Shown here in pieces: positions 1 through 10,880 of a stretch of DNA of 64,000 nucleotides. Origin of the DNA: Shigella phage TB004; the sequence record MW822011. One strand, given 5' to 3'. Each line of letters begins with the position of its first letter. Positions within the stretch are counted from its first letter, which is position 1. The translations under genes and the position numbers were made by a program. The notes under the pieces were generated by a model. The model searched no databases, was not told where the DNA came from, and worked only from the letters and a program-made list of their open reading frames with translations.

Positions 1-110
1 TGGGCAGTGTATGTTTTAGTTGCTACTTCTGATTTAGTACTCTGTCCGGCTGAAATTTTCTCACCGGACTTTTTAATTAAATCAGCAGTTATTTCTTTAA
101 CAATTGCCAT
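1..110 (-). CDS. 48: gp48 baseplate tail-tube cap, N-terminal fragment (gene continues beyond window start)
   Basis: Reverse complement of 1-110 starts with ATG and reads MAIVKEITADLIKKSGEKISAGQ...; lies directly downstream of gene 29 as in T4. Confidence 0.55.
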   Translation of the reverse strand, partial: MAIVKEITADLIKKSGEKISAGQSTKSEVATKTYTA

Positions 111-118
111 ATTATTCC

Positions 119-1891
119 TTAATTAACTCCAGTCGCATCAAATACACCAGGAGCAGTCGTGCTCGTTACGGGTGTCATGTTATGAACGACAGTATTTTTC
201 TTAACAACGTTATTAGTATTATTGATCGAAGGAGATGCTTGTTGAACAGGAGCTTGCTGTGCTTTGTTCTTTTCTATTACCTGGACTTGTTTTGCTTCTG
301 GCGATTTAGCAGAAGTTTGAGGTTTGGCATTAGGCTGATTTTTCTTGAGCTCTTGATAAGTAGCATCAATTTTAGAAAATCTAGCAGCAAGTTCTTTTTT
401 AACTGCCGGTGAATTATTTAAATCCGGGTCATCCATCCGTTTTTTAAGGTCTTCATAGGCAGCTTCAACTGATTTAACTGTCGAGTCTTTACTCATATCA
501 GCTGAATCAGCATATTTTTCAAAACGAATCATCGCGGCCCGAGCTTCATTAGCCTTCATTAAAGCATTTTTTCTTTCTTCTGGTGAAAGTTGCTTTAATT
601 TTTCTTCTTCTGCTGCGCGTTCTTCGTCGGTAGTTAGTGCTTCTTTATTATCAACGCCACGAATCCAGTTAGATGCACGAGTTTTCCAATTAGCAATTTT
701 ATCTAATCCTTTTGCTATCGGACCAAGGTCTCCGTTCATTCGTTTATCTTGATAATTTGCAACTTTTTCCTGGTCTTCTTTATTGAGAGATGCTCCAGTA
801 GAATTTTGGAAATTTTCTAGTGCTCTTCCTTCTACTTCATCAGCAGTATCCTTCATACCAGGAATGACTCGAAGAATTGCCGCAGATAATTTAGCCATAC
901 CTAATTGAATAAGTTCACCTAAATTGTAAAGAACCTTTCCAAGCCCTTCTACAATAGCTACCGTCAAACCGCCCCAATCTCCCTCTTCCCAGAATTTTTT
1001 AATTTCATCAATAGAACTAAAGATGCTCTGTAATAAAGGACCCCATGTTCCAGTTTCGCTAGAGAATTTAGTAAAGTTTGAACTAAACAAATCCCAAGCC
1101 TGCGAAAATTTATCTGACCAATATTTAAAGTGAACCATCAGCAGATCTATTCCAACAACAACAGCCAATATCATTGCAGTCATTTTAGCAGCTTCAATAG
1201 CAGCACTGACAGTATACTTAAATAGCATGCTTGATATTTTATCAGTAATTGAAATGGATTTCTTAAATCCAAAATCAACAGTCTTCGTTAATTTATCTAA
1301 AGCTTGAGATAATTTTAAGTTAAATGCGTCTTTTTTCTGTTTTTCTTCTGGTGATTCTTGTTTGGGTTCAACTGGCTGAGGGGTAGGGAAAAAATCAGCA
1401 TCAGGATCATTATTAACTGCTTCAGGAGCTGGTAATAAAGGACCCACAGATTCAGCTGTATCGTCCTCAACAACTTTAACAGGAATAGCGCTTTCAACCG
1501 TGGCTAAACTAGTTCCTGTTTGTTGAATTCCGGCTGTCTGAATTTTTTGCTCTAGTAAACTTGTTAATTTATCTAATTTGCTCCCGAGCGATTCACCGAT
1601 TTCTTTATTAATATTATTGCCAATTTCAACAGTTTCAGCAATTAACTCAGAACCAGCAGTAGTATCACTCACTGCGCTTTCTACATTGTCAATTGCTCCA
1701 ATTATTTCATTCGATTTTTCTTCGACAGTTTGAGCAATTAATTCAGAAGCAGCTTGAGCATCATCCAATTTCGTAGATATATCGTTAAGTCCAGATAAAG
1801 TGTTGGAAGCGGATTTAGCCGCTTCCTGTGTTGGTTTATTATCTGAAATAACTTTTCTACGCATCGTTTGCATTTCTTGTGGCTTTTTCAT
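119..1891 (-). CDS. 29: gp29 baseplate hub / tail length determinant
   Basis: 590 aa ORF, same length and position as T4 gp29. Confidence 0.85.
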   Translation of the reverse strand: MKKPQEMQTMRRKVISDNKPTQEAAKSASNTLSGLNDISTKLDDAQAASELIAQTVEEKSNEIIGAIDNVESAVSDTTAGSELIAETVEIGNNINKEIGESLGSKLDKLTSLLEQKIQTAGIQQTGTSLATVESAIPVKVVEDDTAESVGPLLPAPEAVNNDPDADFFPTPQPVEPKQESPEEKQKKDAFNLKLSQALDKLTKTVDFGFKKSISITDKISSMLFKYTVSAAIEAAKMTAMILAVVVGIDLLMVHFKYWSDKFSQAWDLFSSNFTKFSSETGTWGPLLQSIFSSIDEIKKFWEEGDWGGLTVAIVEGLGKVLYNLGELIQLGMAKLSAAILRVIPGMKDTADEVEGRALENFQNSTGASLNKEDQEKVANYQDKRMNGDLGPIAKGLDKIANWKTRASNWIRGVDNKEALTTDEERAAEEEKLKQLSPEERKNALMKANEARAAMIRFEKYADSADMSKDSTVKSVEAAYEDLKKRMDDPDLNNSPAVKKELAARFSKIDATYQELKKNQPNAKPQTSAKSPEAKQVQVIEKNKAQQAPVQQASPSINNTNNVVKKNTVVHNMTPVTSTTAPGVFDATGVN

Positions 1892-2421
1892 TCAAATAAT
1901 CCAATAATATTGCCAATTCCGGTTATTGGACCATTAGGGCCAGGAATTGCTAAAGTTGTAAAAATATCATTTGCCCATTTTAAAACGAATGCTGGCATCT
2001 CAAGAAAATTAATTTCTTTAACTTCATCATTGACCTTAAGCAAGCATTTGGATAACATATCGCTCACAGTTAAAAACTGTTCAAATTTTCCAGGCGGTCT
2101 AAAATAAAATGTATTTCCTTGGTATTGAAATTCTAATCTTTGGCATACATAAACATCATTAATGTCATAAGTATAACCATCTATTTCTTTACGAGATTTA
2201 ATCTTTCCATTAAATTCCAATAAATGAATAGAAACGAAATCAACTTCTGCCGGTGATAAATTCGGACAAATAGAATCGATAAGAAGTTTTAAATTTTCAT
2301 CAGGACCTTTAACATCCTTTAAAATGTTATAATGTTTAAGACCCATTTTAGGAATAGAAACTTCTTTATTGCTTATTGGAAGAACTACTTTCTTCAGTGG
2401 TAGTATCAGATTTAAATTCAT
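1888..2421 (-). CDS. 28: gp28 baseplate hub distal subunit
   Basis: 177 aa, T4 order 27-28-29. Confidence 0.8.
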   Translation of the reverse strand: MNLNLILPLKKVVLPISNKEVSIPKMGLKHYNILKDVKGPDENLKLLIDSICPNLSPAEVDFVSIHLLEFNGKIKSRKEIDGYTYDINDVYVCQRLEFQYQGNTFYFRPPGKFEQFLTVSDMLSKCLLKVNDEVKEINFLEMPAFVLKWANDIFTTLAIPGPNGPITGIGNIIGLFE

Positions 2422-3541
2422 TTTTAACCTTAACTGGGTCTATTGTTTCCAGTTTCGTTGCATTAGTGAACATATATAGATGAGTTACTGAATTATTATT
2501 TGATAATTCATGGATAACTTCATCAACGTAAAATTCTGTTTTAAATTGGTTTTTACTATCATTAAAAATAATTTTAACGCCAGGGGTTAAGTTAAAATTA
2601 CCGACAGTAGAACATTTAGCATAGCCATCATATTGTGCCATAGTTTGAAGACGAATAGCTTCTTCATACCCGTTCCTATAAGTCATTTCAGAATAAGCAC
2701 CTGATCTTGACACTACAATAGAGTTTTCTCCCTTTCCTGTAGTAATCATTGGCAATGAAGAATCTAAAAATGAATGCGCATAGATAGTAGCGTTTTTCAT
2801 TGGGTCACGTTTGTGAGGATTCGATTTAGTCAACCAAACGAAATCATATGCTAATGGATATTTTAATTCTTGGATGAATTGACCTATTAAAGATGGCTCA
2901 CCGACAATCATTGGATATGGTTCTTGATTTATCATCATATCATAGTCCATCATGTTAACTCCCATGATGTCTTGCCACACAAACACAAATTTGTCACTTC
3001 CTACAGCTAGAGCAACTTCTCTAACATACGATAAATAGTTTTCAAATGTACTAGTCCACGGAATATCAGGAACATAAGCATTTATAGCATTTATTGCTGG
3101 AGTTAATAATGTGCGATCTTGATAAATGACGCCAAGCATTTCCTTTATAGATTCACCTGCATCAGGGAAAAACGGTCTGCCAAATTTAAGATTTTCTATG
3201 GAATGAATAGTTCCCAATTCAATAGCAATGATGTTATCACCCTTTGAATCTACTGACACGGAAAAATGCTTACATCCATAAATTCTTGTTTTAACATTAT
3301 TAATATCGTTTGCATTAGCTACAGAAATCTGAATTATTTCATTTCCATCCATTTTTGTATGGATGTTTTTAGAATCATAAAACTGCAGCATTCCTTCATT
3401 TCGGCCATAAAGAGAATCCCGCATAGTTAATGTGGTAATAGTAGCAGCTAATTCAACAAATCTATTATTACTCCAAGCGTCGTAACTATCAAACAATTTA
3501 ACGCTGAGATTTGGATATCCTGGGCGTTGCAACATACTCAT
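2366..3541 (-). CDS. 27: gp27 baseplate hub subunit
   Basis: 391 aa, matches T4 gp27 length and position. Confidence 0.85.
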   Translation of the reverse strand: MSMLQRPGYPNLSVKLFDSYDAWSNNRFVELAATITTLTMRDSLYGRNEGMLQFYDSKNIHTKMDGNEIIQISVANANDINNVKTRIYGCKHFSVSVDSKGDNIIAIELGTIHSIENLKFGRPFFPDAGESIKEMLGVIYQDRTLLTPAINAINAYVPDIPWTSTFENYLSYVREVALAVGSDKFVFVWQDIMGVNMMDYDMMINQEPYPMIVGEPSLIGQFIQELKYPLAYDFVWLTKSNPHKRDPMKNATIYAHSFLDSSLPMITTGKGENSIVVSRSGAYSEMTYRNGYEEAIRLQTMAQYDGYAKCSTVGNFNLTPGVKIIFNDSKNQFKTEFYVDEVIHELSNNNSVTHLYMFTNATKLETIDPVKVKNEFKSDTTTEESSSSNKQ

Positions 3542-4290
3542 TATTGTTTATCCTTCTCAATCAGTTTTAATACGAATCCGCGCTCGGCAGGAATCATTTT
3601 CATTATTGAATTTAAGCTATAATTACTTTTTACAAGTGTGTGGTTAATTTGATAAAAAGTAAATATTTCATCTGGGTTAACTAATAGCTTAAACACATCT
3701 ACTATATCAGTGTATTTTTTTACATACTTATTACAACATGACATATGCAATGTTAAATTAATAGGATTCATTGCATCGAGAATTTTTTCTAATGTTTCTA
3801 TCTCGATGGCATCAACAAGTTCTATTTGACTCGATTCGCTAATTTCCTTCCAATCATACCATGTTTCATCTACTTGAACAGAATGAATATTTTCAGTAAT
3901 CATCTTTGCTTTATTTTCATAAAACTCAGAAGGAAACTTTAATTTAATTTTAACATTAGCTACATCAAAAACAGGTTCCTTTAATTCTTTTTGATATATT
4001 TCAAATGGAACTGTCTTTTCTTTTTTACATTTTGGACATACAAATGTGACCGGTACTTTAGTTTTACCTATTGACCCTACAAATACCTGCAAAAATATAA
4101 ATGGTTGCCAAGTCTTCGGATAGTCTCCAAAATAATCAGCAATTAAATCAGCAATTATTTCTTTTTGTTCTTGTGGTGACCGATGTTCTATATCGTTTCG
4201 AACTAACAAAAAATCTCGATAATCTTCTACCGTAAATGGTTTAAAACGATGAACACCATCTGGTAATTTACAACGAATAATGTTTGCCAT
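3541..4290 (-). CDS. 51: gp51 baseplate hub assembly catalyst
   Basis: 249 aa, divergent from gene 26 as in T4. Confidence 0.8.
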   Translation of the reverse strand: MANIIRCKLPDGVHRFKPFTVEDYRDFLLVRNDIEHRSPQEQKEIIADLIADYFGDYPKTWQPFIFLQVFVGSIGKTKVPVTFVCPKCKKEKTVPFEIYQKELKEPVFDVANVKIKLKFPSEFYENKAKMITENIHSVQVDETWYDWKEISESSQIELVDAIEIETLEKILDAMNPINLTLHMSCCNKYVKKYTDIVDVFKLLVNPDEIFTFYQINHTLVKSNYSLNSIMKMIPAERGFVLKLIEKDKQ

Positions 4291-4307
4291 AGATGCTCCT
4301 TTTATTC

Positions 4308-4319
4308 TATTTATAAATA
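4308..4319. promoter_or_regulatory. overlapping divergent late promoters for genes 51 (minus) and 26 (plus)
   Basis: TATTTATAAATA: TATAAATA on both strands. Confidence 0.6.
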
Positions 4320-4340
4320 TGATAAATAAAGGAGCTAAAT

Positions 4341-4967
4341 ATGTATGAATATAAATTTGATGTGAGAGTTGGTTCTAAAATAATCAACTGTCGCGCATTT
4401 ACTCTTAAAGAATATCTAGAACTTATTACTGCTAAAAAGAACGGTTCAGTAGAAGAGATCGTTAAAAAGCTAATTAAAGACTGTACAAATGCAAAAGATT
4501 TAAACCGCCAAGAATCAGAACTACTGCTGATTCATTTATGGGCGCATTCTCTTGGAGAAGTTAATCACGAAAACTCCTGGAAGTGCACCTGTGGAACTGA
4601 AATACCAACCCATATAAATCTATTACATACACAAATAGATGCACCAGAAGACCTCTGGTATACACTGGGCGACATTAAAATTAAGTTCCATTACCCTAAA
4701 ATTTTTGATGATAAAAATATAGCTCACATGATAGTATCATGTATAGAAACGATTCATGCTAACGGTGAAAGCATTCCAATTGAAGACTTGAATGAAAAAG
4801 AGTTGGAAGATTTATATTCTATCATCACAGAGTCAGATATTGTAGCTATAAAAGATATGCTTTTAAAGCCTACTGTTTATTTGGCTGTTCCAATTAAATG
4901 TCCAGAGTGTGGAAAATCTCACGCTCATGTAATAAGAGGACTCAAAGAATTCTTTGAGCTATTGTAA
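4341..4967 (+). CDS. 26: gp26 baseplate hub subunit
   Basis: 208 aa, TATAAATA late promoter upstream. Confidence 0.8.
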   Translation: MYEYKFDVRVGSKIINCRAFTLKEYLELITAKKNGSVEEIVKKLIKDCTNAKDLNRQESELLLIHLWAHSLGEVNHENSWKCTCGTEIPTHINLLHTQIDAPEDLWYTLGDIKIKFHYPKIFDDKNIAHMIVSCIETIHANGESIPIEDLNEKELEDLYSIITESDIVAIKDMLLKPTVYLAVPIKCPECGKSHAHVIRGLKEFFELL

Positions 4968-5365
4968 TGGCAAATATTAATAAGCTTTATTCTGACATTG
5001 ACCCAGAAATGAAAATGGATTGGGACAAAGATGTTTCTAGATCTCTTGGATTAAGGTCAATTAAAAATAGCCTTTTGGGAATTATTACAACCAGAAAAGG
5101 GTCGAGACCATTTGACCCGGAATTTGGATGTGATTTATCTGATCAGCTTTTTGAGAATATGACTCCTCTTACTGCTGATACTGTTGAGCGTAACATTGAA
5201 AGCGCAGTAAGAAACTACGAGCCACGTATTGATAAATTAGCAGTTAATGTAATACCAGTTTATGATGATTATACTCTGATAGTAGAAATACGCTTTTCGG
5301 TCATCGATAACCCTGATGATATTGAGCAGATAAAACTACAACTGGCTTCCAGTAACAGAGTATAA
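4967..5365 (+). CDS. 25: gp25 baseplate wedge subunit
   Basis: 132 aa, start overlaps gene 26 stop. Confidence 0.85.
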   Translation: MANINKLYSDIDPEMKMDWDKDVSRSLGLRSIKNSLLGIITTRKGSRPFDPEFGCDLSDQLFENMTPLTADTVERNIESAVRNYEPRIDKLAVNVIPVYDDYTLIVEIRFSVIDNPDDIEQIKLQLASSNRV

Positions 5366-5391
5366 TGCTTCACGTATAAACGTGGTATAAT
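5364..5391 (+). promoter_or_regulatory. MotA-dependent middle promoter upstream of uvsY
   Basis: MotA box AATGCTTCA (5364-5372), 13-nt spacer, TATAAT (5386-5391). Confidence 0.6.
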
Positions 5392-5431
5392 GAATCTAAG
5401 TCCATCCAATAACAATTGAATAGAGAACAAT

Positions 5432-5845
5432 ATGAGATTAGAAGATCTTCAAGAAGAATTGAAGAAAGATGTGTTTATAGATTCGACTAAATTACAGTAT
5501 GAAGCAGCTAATAATGTGATGTTATATAGTAAATGGCTCAATAAGCATTCAAGTATTAAAAAGGAAATGCTTAGAATTGAAGCGCAGAAAAAAGTTGCTC
5601 TTAAAGCTAAATTAGACTACTACTCGGGACGAGGAGATGGTGATGAATTTAGTATGGACCGTTATGAGAAATCAGAAATGAAGACAGTTCTATCAGCTGA
5701 TAAGGATGTTTTAAAGGTTGATACCTCGTTACAGTATTGGGGGATTTTATTAGATTTCTGTAGCGGAGCTCTTGATGCTATTAAATCACGTGGATTTGCT
5801 ATTAAGCATATTCAAGACATGCGAGCATTTGAGGCTGGAAAATAA
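5432..5845 (+). CDS. uvsY: UvsY recombination mediator
   Basis: 137 aa, MRLEDLQEELKKDVF... matches T4 UvsY; MotA-type middle promoter upstream. Confidence 0.9.
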   Translation: MRLEDLQEELKKDVFIDSTKLQYEAANNVMLYSKWLNKHSSIKKEMLRIEAQKKVALKAKLDYYSGRGDGDEFSMDRYEKSEMKTVLSADKDVLKVDTSLQYWGILLDFCSGALDAIKSRGFAIKHIQDMRAFEAGK

Positions 5846-6069
5846 TGAAATATAGCATTGATGATGCTTTTAATTATGAAGAAGAATTTGAAATGGAAAT
5901 TCAATTCTTAATGAAAAAGTATAATCTCAAGCGTCAGGATATTCGTATCCTGGCCGACCACCCATGCGGTGAAGATGTACTTTATATTAAAGGAAAATTT
6001 GCCGGATATCTTGATGAATATTTTTATTCCAAAGATATGGGTATTGATATGCATATGAGAGTTATATAA
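5845..6069 (+). CDS. small hypothetical protein (uvsY.-1 position)
   Basis: 74 aa ORF with start overlapping uvsY stop. Confidence 0.6.
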   Translation: MKYSIDDAFNYEEEFEMEIQFLMKKYNLKRQDIRILADHPCGEDVLYIKGKFAGYLDEYFYSKDMGIDMHMRVI

Positions 6070-6097
6070 ATAGATATATAATTTAGAGGAGACAATC

Positions 6098-6265
6098 ATG
6101 TCAGATAAGATTTGTGTTGTCTGTAAAACTCCAATCGATTCTGCATTGGTTGTTGAAACAGACAAAGGTCCTGTACATCCTGGGCCTTGCTATAATTACA
6201 TCAAAGAACTACCAGTTTCAGAAAGTTCGGAAGAACAATTAAATGAAACACAACTTTTGCTATAG
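6098..6265 (+). CDS. small Cys-containing hypothetical protein (uvsY.-2 position), not in the ORF track
   Basis: ATG at 6098, 55 codons, MSDKICVVCKTP...PGPCYNY; RBS GGAGGA upstream. Confidence 0.4.
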   Translation: MSDKICVVCKTPIDSALVVETDKGPVHPGPCYNYIKELPVSESSEEQLNETQLLL

Positions 6266-6288
6266 TGTGACCTTTAGTCTATAGTTTT

Positions 6289-6317
6289 GGCCCTTCCTTT
6301 TTGGTTGGGCCTTTTTT
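6289..6317. terminator. bidirectional stem-loop between convergent uvsY.-2 and uvsW.1
   Basis: GGCCC...GGGCC stem followed by T6. Confidence 0.5.
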
Positions 6318-6320
6318 AAT

Positions 6321-6563
6321 TTAAAAGCTTTCTTCTACTTCATCGTCTGAATCTTCTAATTCAGCTCTTTTTCCTGCCAAAGCATCTCTCACAGAGATGT
6401 CATCAGTATCTTTTAATTCAGTTTCTTTAACTCTTTTCTTGTAATAAGCTTCAAGTTCTTCTAGACCTTCTAATGTTTGACAAGAGGCAATTTTACCCAT
6501 AAATTCATCAATAGAAGCTTCATAAAGAAATTGTTTAAATTCTAGTAACATCTTTTTCTCCAA
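6321..6563 (-). CDS. small acidic protein (uvsW.1 position)
   Basis: 80 aa ORF immediately downstream of uvsW. Confidence 0.6.
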   Translation of the reverse strand: MEKKMLLEFKQFLYEASIDEFMGKIASCQTLEGLEELEAYYKKRVKETELKDTDDISVRDALAGKRAELEDSDDEVEESF

Positions 6564-6576
6564 AGGGCCGGAGCCC

Positions 6577-8085
6577 TTATAAATTAACTGTTTTCATTAC
6601 GTAATTAAATTTTTCATCTGCGTAGCGCTGAATACGATCAATGCCGTGTTTTAAAAGATAGTTCAAATGAACGTATTTCTTTTTCGTATTAGCAGATTTT
6701 GGTCTAACGCCCGCGTCATCTATGAGGTCCCAGACCGTTGCGATTGTTTTAGAACCATGCTTACGTAATACACGACCTATTGTTTGCAATACAATAATTT
6801 TAGATTTAACACCGTGTGCTAAAACAACGTGATGCAGATTTTTAACTGAAATACCAGTAGAAAATACACCATAACTAGCTACTATAATTATTCCTTTACC
6901 GTTTTCAGCTAAGGTTTTCATTACGTTGCGTGTTTCGGTATCAACTTCCCCTGATACGTAATAAACTTTATCGTATTCATTTTTAATTAAATCGAAAATA
7001 GCTTTACCGTGCGATACGTGTTTAAACATGACAAAAGCGTTTTCATCTTTTTGTGCAAGTTTAATAGCTAATTTAGCGATCCATTTATTTCTTTTACTGA
7101 GCCCAGTAATAATTTTTATTTCTTCTTGGTAAGTTTTTCCCTTTAATTTAGTAGTGAACTCATCGGGATAGCGAAGAAAAATACTATTAATTTTTAACTC
7201 AGTTACTTGTCCATCTTCCATTAATTTAGAAGTTGTTACTGGCTTAAATATTTCACCAAACATTCCAACATACTGCATGATATTAGCTTTGCCATCGCGC
7301 AATGAACCGGACAAACCGAATTTGAACATGCAGTTATTTAAACCTGATATGATAGATGAAATACTTTTTCCTGTAGCAAGATGACATTCATCATTCATCA
7401 TCATTCCAAACTGTGAGAACCATTCTTTTGGTTGTTTTACTACAGTTTGCCATGTACCAACAACGACCGGTGCATCATTTTTATATTTATCATCTTTTGA
7501 TGCTCCACCACCGATTTTCTTTATCATTGCATGACTAAATAAACGATAGTCAACAAAGTCATCAGCCATCTGAGTTGTCAGAGCAGTTGTTGGAACAATG
7601 ATAAGAATTTTACCTTCATAATTTTCCAAATAATAACGTGCAAGCAAAGCTTGAATTAAAGATTTACCTGCGGATGTTGGAAGATTAAGAATTCTACGAC
7701 GATTAACTAATCCTTCGAACACTGCATCTTTTTGATACCAATGCGGTTCAATTCTTTTATTTCCTGAATAGATTTCTAATTTAGAAAGCCATTCATCAAA
7801 ATCTTTTCTTGATAATTCTTCTTTTTCGTTAATCTGCGGGTCAATCCAGGCTTTATAGCCAAAGTTATCACAGAACTTTTTAATTTGCCCGACTAAGCCA
7901 AATGGAAGAAGGCGATTATAATCTAAAAGACGGATTCGTCCATCCCAGTTGCCATATCTGAAGCGAGGATTAAACCTATATCCATCGGCCTCAAACGAAA
8001 AGAAATCTCTTAATTCGTGGAACGTGCTCTCTTCACAATCGATGCGTACATGACTGAAGTCGTGAAAATGTACTTTAATATCCAT
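6577..8085 (-). CDS. uvsW: UvsW DNA/RNA helicase
   Basis: 502 aa, helicase motifs (LPTSAGKS Walker A, DECH box). Confidence 0.9.
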   Translation of the reverse strand: MDIKVHFHDFSHVRIDCEESTFHELRDFFSFEADGYRFNPRFRYGNWDGRIRLLDYNRLLPFGLVGQIKKFCDNFGYKAWIDPQINEKEELSRKDFDEWLSKLEIYSGNKRIEPHWYQKDAVFEGLVNRRRILNLPTSAGKSLIQALLARYYLENYEGKILIIVPTTALTTQMADDFVDYRLFSHAMIKKIGGGASKDDKYKNDAPVVVGTWQTVVKQPKEWFSQFGMMMNDECHLATGKSISSIISGLNNCMFKFGLSGSLRDGKANIMQYVGMFGEIFKPVTTSKLMEDGQVTELKINSIFLRYPDEFTTKLKGKTYQEEIKIITGLSKRNKWIAKLAIKLAQKDENAFVMFKHVSHGKAIFDLIKNEYDKVYYVSGEVDTETRNVMKTLAENGKGIIIVASYGVFSTGISVKNLHHVVLAHGVKSKIIVLQTIGRVLRKHGSKTIATVWDLIDDAGVRPKSANTKKKYVHLNYLLKHGIDRIQRYADEKFNYVMKTVNL

Positions 8086-8087
8086 AA

Positions 8088-8705
8088 TTATGCCTTACTA
8101 AATTTGCCTTTAGAGTCTCTTTTCATGAGACGACCTTTAATAAATCCGTCGGGAATAATACCGTCTGGTTGTATTAATTTATTTATTACGCCATTATTGA
8201 CCCAAAAAGTTCCTGTGGTAGTCGGTTTAACTTTACATCCTTTTCTAGACTTTCTATTAGGATGAACCATCCCTTTTACAAATCCTTCTGGAACAAGTTC
8301 TCCAGGTTTAATAAAAATATTTTTAGTTCCATTAGTGTAACAAGTTTTACCTAATACCGTGCCTGGTGAGTTTTCAAATCTTTTAGCGGAAGATTCTTTC
8401 ATCTTTGCTATAACCTCTGTAGTCATAACAATTCCACCAATTCCACCGGGTTTCATATTATAATAATTTTTGCTTTTTATTAGTTCAGGAGTTATAATTT
8501 CTTCTTCATACATGTACGCTTCTTCGGAAGTTTTAAACTCTTTTAGTATTTTTCTAGAGAAATTGTTTTCACCATATTTCTTTATAGCCTGCTGAATTGC
8601 CTTACCGGAACCAAGGTAACCATCATTCAAGTCGTCAGTAGAATGCTTTCCTATATACTTTTTACCGTTTATTAGATTTGTTGTTTCATATACAAAGTGG
8701 TACAT
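8088..8705 (-). CDS. segD: GIY-YIG homing endonuclease (SegD-like)
   Basis: 205 aa, N-terminal GIY-YIG motif (HFVYETTNLINGKKYIGKH...YLGSG), between inh and uvsW as T4 segD. Confidence 0.65.
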   Translation of the reverse strand: MYHFVYETTNLINGKKYIGKHSTDDLNDGYLGSGKAIQQAIKKYGENNFSRKILKEFKTSEEAYMYEEEIITPELIKSKNYYNMKPGGIGGIVMTTEVIAKMKESSAKRFENSPGTVLGKTCYTNGTKNIFIKPGELVPEGFVKGMVHPNRKSRKGCKVKPTTTGTFWVNNGVINKLIQPDGIIPDGFIKGRLMKRDSKGKFSKA

Positions 8706-8754
8706 ACTATTTTCCGAGTAATAAATATATCTATATTTATACTGAGGAAATATT

Positions 8755-9435
8755 ATGATAGATAAAGATTATATTGCAGAGCTGAAGGCTCTTGATGATA
8801 ATAAAGAAGCTAAAGCTAAATTAGCTGAATATGCTGAACAGTTTGGTATAAAGGTCAAAAAGAATAAATCTTTTGATAATATCGTTGTTGATATTGAAGA
8901 AGCCCTCCAGAAGCTCGCTAGTGAACCTATGCCAGAGACTGATGGGTTATCTATTAAAGACTTAATCAATGCTGCTGATGCCGCAGAGGGATTAAAATAT
9001 GACGATGAAGAAGTCAATCCAGAAGCAGCACTTCTGATTGATTCTCCGGTTAAATCTGACATTAAAATTGAAGTAGTAGAAACGGATAAAATTCCCGAAA
9101 ATACCGATGTTTTGATTGAAGATACTCCTTTTGTTGAAGAAAAATTCGAGCAAGCTGTAGCTGAGATTATTGAATCTGAAAAGCCGTCTGTATTTACTCT
9201 TCCGGAAAACTTTAGTCCGAATCTTCAGCTGATTGGAAAAAATCCAGGATTCTGTACTGTTCCTTGGTGGATTTATCAGTGGATTGCTGAAACTCCGGAT
9301 TGGAAATCTCACCCAACTAGTTTTGAACATGCGTCGGCACACCAAACTTTATTTAGCTTAATTTATTACATTAATCGCGACGGATCAGTTCTAATTCGTG
9401 AAACACGCAATTCTTCTTTCGTAACATTAAAATAA
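8755..9435 (+). CDS. inh: Inh, inhibitor of prohead protease
   Basis: 226 aa, adjacent to hoc as in T4. Confidence 0.7.
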   Translation: MIDKDYIAELKALDDNKEAKAKLAEYAEQFGIKVKKNKSFDNIVVDIEEALQKLASEPMPETDGLSIKDLINAADAAEGLKYDDEEVNPEAALLIDSPVKSDIKIEVVETDKIPENTDVLIEDTPFVEEKFEQAVAEIIESEKPSVFTLPENFSPNLQLIGKNPGFCTVPWWIYQWIAETPDWKSHPTSFEHASAHQTLFSLIYYINRDGSVLIRETRNSSFVTLK

Positions 9436-9444
9436 GGATAACTT

Positions 9445-10575
9445 ATGGCTTTTACAGTTGATATAACTCCTAAAACACCTACTGGAGTTATAGATCAGAC
9501 TCAGCAGTTTACTGCTACACCCAGTGGTCAAACTGGAGGTGGAACTATTACCTATGCTTGGACTGTAGACGATGTTCCACAGGATGGAGCTGAAGCAACT
9601 TTTAGCTATGTACTAAAAGGACCTGCCGGTCAAAAGACTATTAAAGTAGTTGCAACAAACACAGTTCCAGATACTGATGCTGAAACAGCAGAAGCTACTA
9701 CAACTATCACAGTTCAAAATAAGACACAGACAACTACCTTAGCTGTAACTCCTGATAGTCCTGCTGCTGGAGTGATTGGAACTCCTGTTGAATTTACTGC
9801 TGCTTTAGCTTCTCAACCATCAGGCGCATCTGCTACGTATCAATGGTATGTTGATGACTCTCCTGTTAGTGAAGCAACTTCCGCTACATTTAGCTATACT
9901 CCAACTACAAGTGGAGTAAAAAGAATTAAATGCGTAGCTCAAGTAACAGCGACAGATTACGATACAAAAGAAGTTACTTCTAATGAAGTATCACTAACTG
10001 TTAATAAGAAGACAATGAATCCACAGGTTACATTGACTCCTTCTTCTATTAACGTTCAGCAAGATGCTTCGGCTACATTTACGGCTAATGTTACTGGCGC
10101 ACCTGACGCAGCACAAATTACTTACTCGTGGAAGAAAGATTCTTCTCCGGTAGAAGGGTCAACTAATGTATACACTGTTGATACCTCATCTGTTGGAAGT
10201 CAAACTATTGAAGTTACCGCTACTGTTACCGCTACTGATTATGATAGCAAAACTATCACAGCAGAAGGTCAAGTTCAGGTAACTGATAAAGTTGCTCCGG
10301 AACCAGAAGGTGAATTACCTTATGTTCATCCTCTTCCACATCGCACTTCAGCTTACATCTGGTGCGGTTGGTGGGTTATGGATGAAATCCAAAAAATGAC
10401 TGAAGAAGGTAAAGATTGGAAAACTGACGACCCAGATAGTAAGTACTACTTGCATCGTTACACTCTTCAGAAGATGATGAAAGACTATCCAGAAGTTGAT
10501 GTTCAAGAATCGCGCAATGGATACATCATTCATAAAACTGCTTTAGAAACTGGTATCATCTATACCTATCCATAA
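9445..10575 (+). CDS. hoc: Hoc, highly immunogenic outer capsid protein
   Basis: 376 aa, repeated Ig-like beta-rich Thr/Val-rich modules. Confidence 0.85.
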   Translation: MAFTVDITPKTPTGVIDQTQQFTATPSGQTGGGTITYAWTVDDVPQDGAEATFSYVLKGPAGQKTIKVVATNTVPDTDAETAEATTTITVQNKTQTTTLAVTPDSPAAGVIGTPVEFTAALASQPSGASATYQWYVDDSPVSEATSATFSYTPTTSGVKRIKCVAQVTATDYDTKEVTSNEVSLTVNKKTMNPQVTLTPSSINVQQDASATFTANVTGAPDAAQITYSWKKDSSPVEGSTNVYTVDTSSVGSQTIEVTATVTATDYDSKTITAEGQVQVTDKVAPEPEGELPYVHPLPHRTSAYIWCGWWVMDEIQKMTEEGKDWKTDDPDSKYYLHRYTLQKMMKDYPEVDVQESRNGYIIHKTALETGIIYTYP

Positions 10576-10580
10576 TCATA

Positions 10581-10607
10581 AGGGGCTTCGGCCCCTTTCT
10601 TCATTTT
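10581..10607 (+). terminator. intrinsic terminator after hoc
   Basis: AGGGGC-TTCG-GCCCCT then T-rich tract. Confidence 0.6.
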
Positions 10608-10664
10608 GAAAGCACACAAAACACAATCAGAAAATGATGTATATAATGGCACCAACTCGATAAC

Positions 10665-10880
10665 ATGAGATTGATTATGAGAACTGAGGTTGTGGTGTTT
10701 ACTCTTCATGAGTCTGGAAAGTCATTCATTGAAATTGCTCGTGAATTGAACTTACAGGCGAAAGAAGTGGCTGTATTATGGGCTCGAGCTATGACTGCTA
10801 AGAATAAATTTGAGACTCGAGAAAAAGTTGTCTATAGAAAAAGACATATTAATAAAAAGGTGAAAAATGGAACAGTATGA
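10665..10880 (+). CDS. small hypothetical protein with helix-turn-helix-like segment
   Basis: 71 aa; SFIEIARELNLQAKEVAVLWARA resembles an HTH. Confidence 0.45.
   Translation: MRLIMRTEVVVFTLHESGKSFIEIARELNLQAKEVAVLWARAMTAKNKFETREKVVYRKRHINKKVKNGTV

Noticed and set aside
104-412. Plus-strand 102-aa ORF overlapping gene 29 / gene 48 on the opposite strand
   Set aside because: Lies antisense within well-supported structural genes, with low-complexity translation and no RBS; treated as a spurious ORF. The same applies to other antisense ORFs in the track (e.g. 1315-1497, 14537-14935, 15444-15788, 26618-27952 series, 33229-33564, 34821-35180, 49192-49644, 49938-50381, 56342-56935).
9445-10575. 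Internal amino-acid repeats in hoc as a possible repeat or mobile feature
   Set aside because: They are the tandem Ig-like domains expected for Hoc; the nucleotide sequence is diverged, not a DNA-level tandem repeat.
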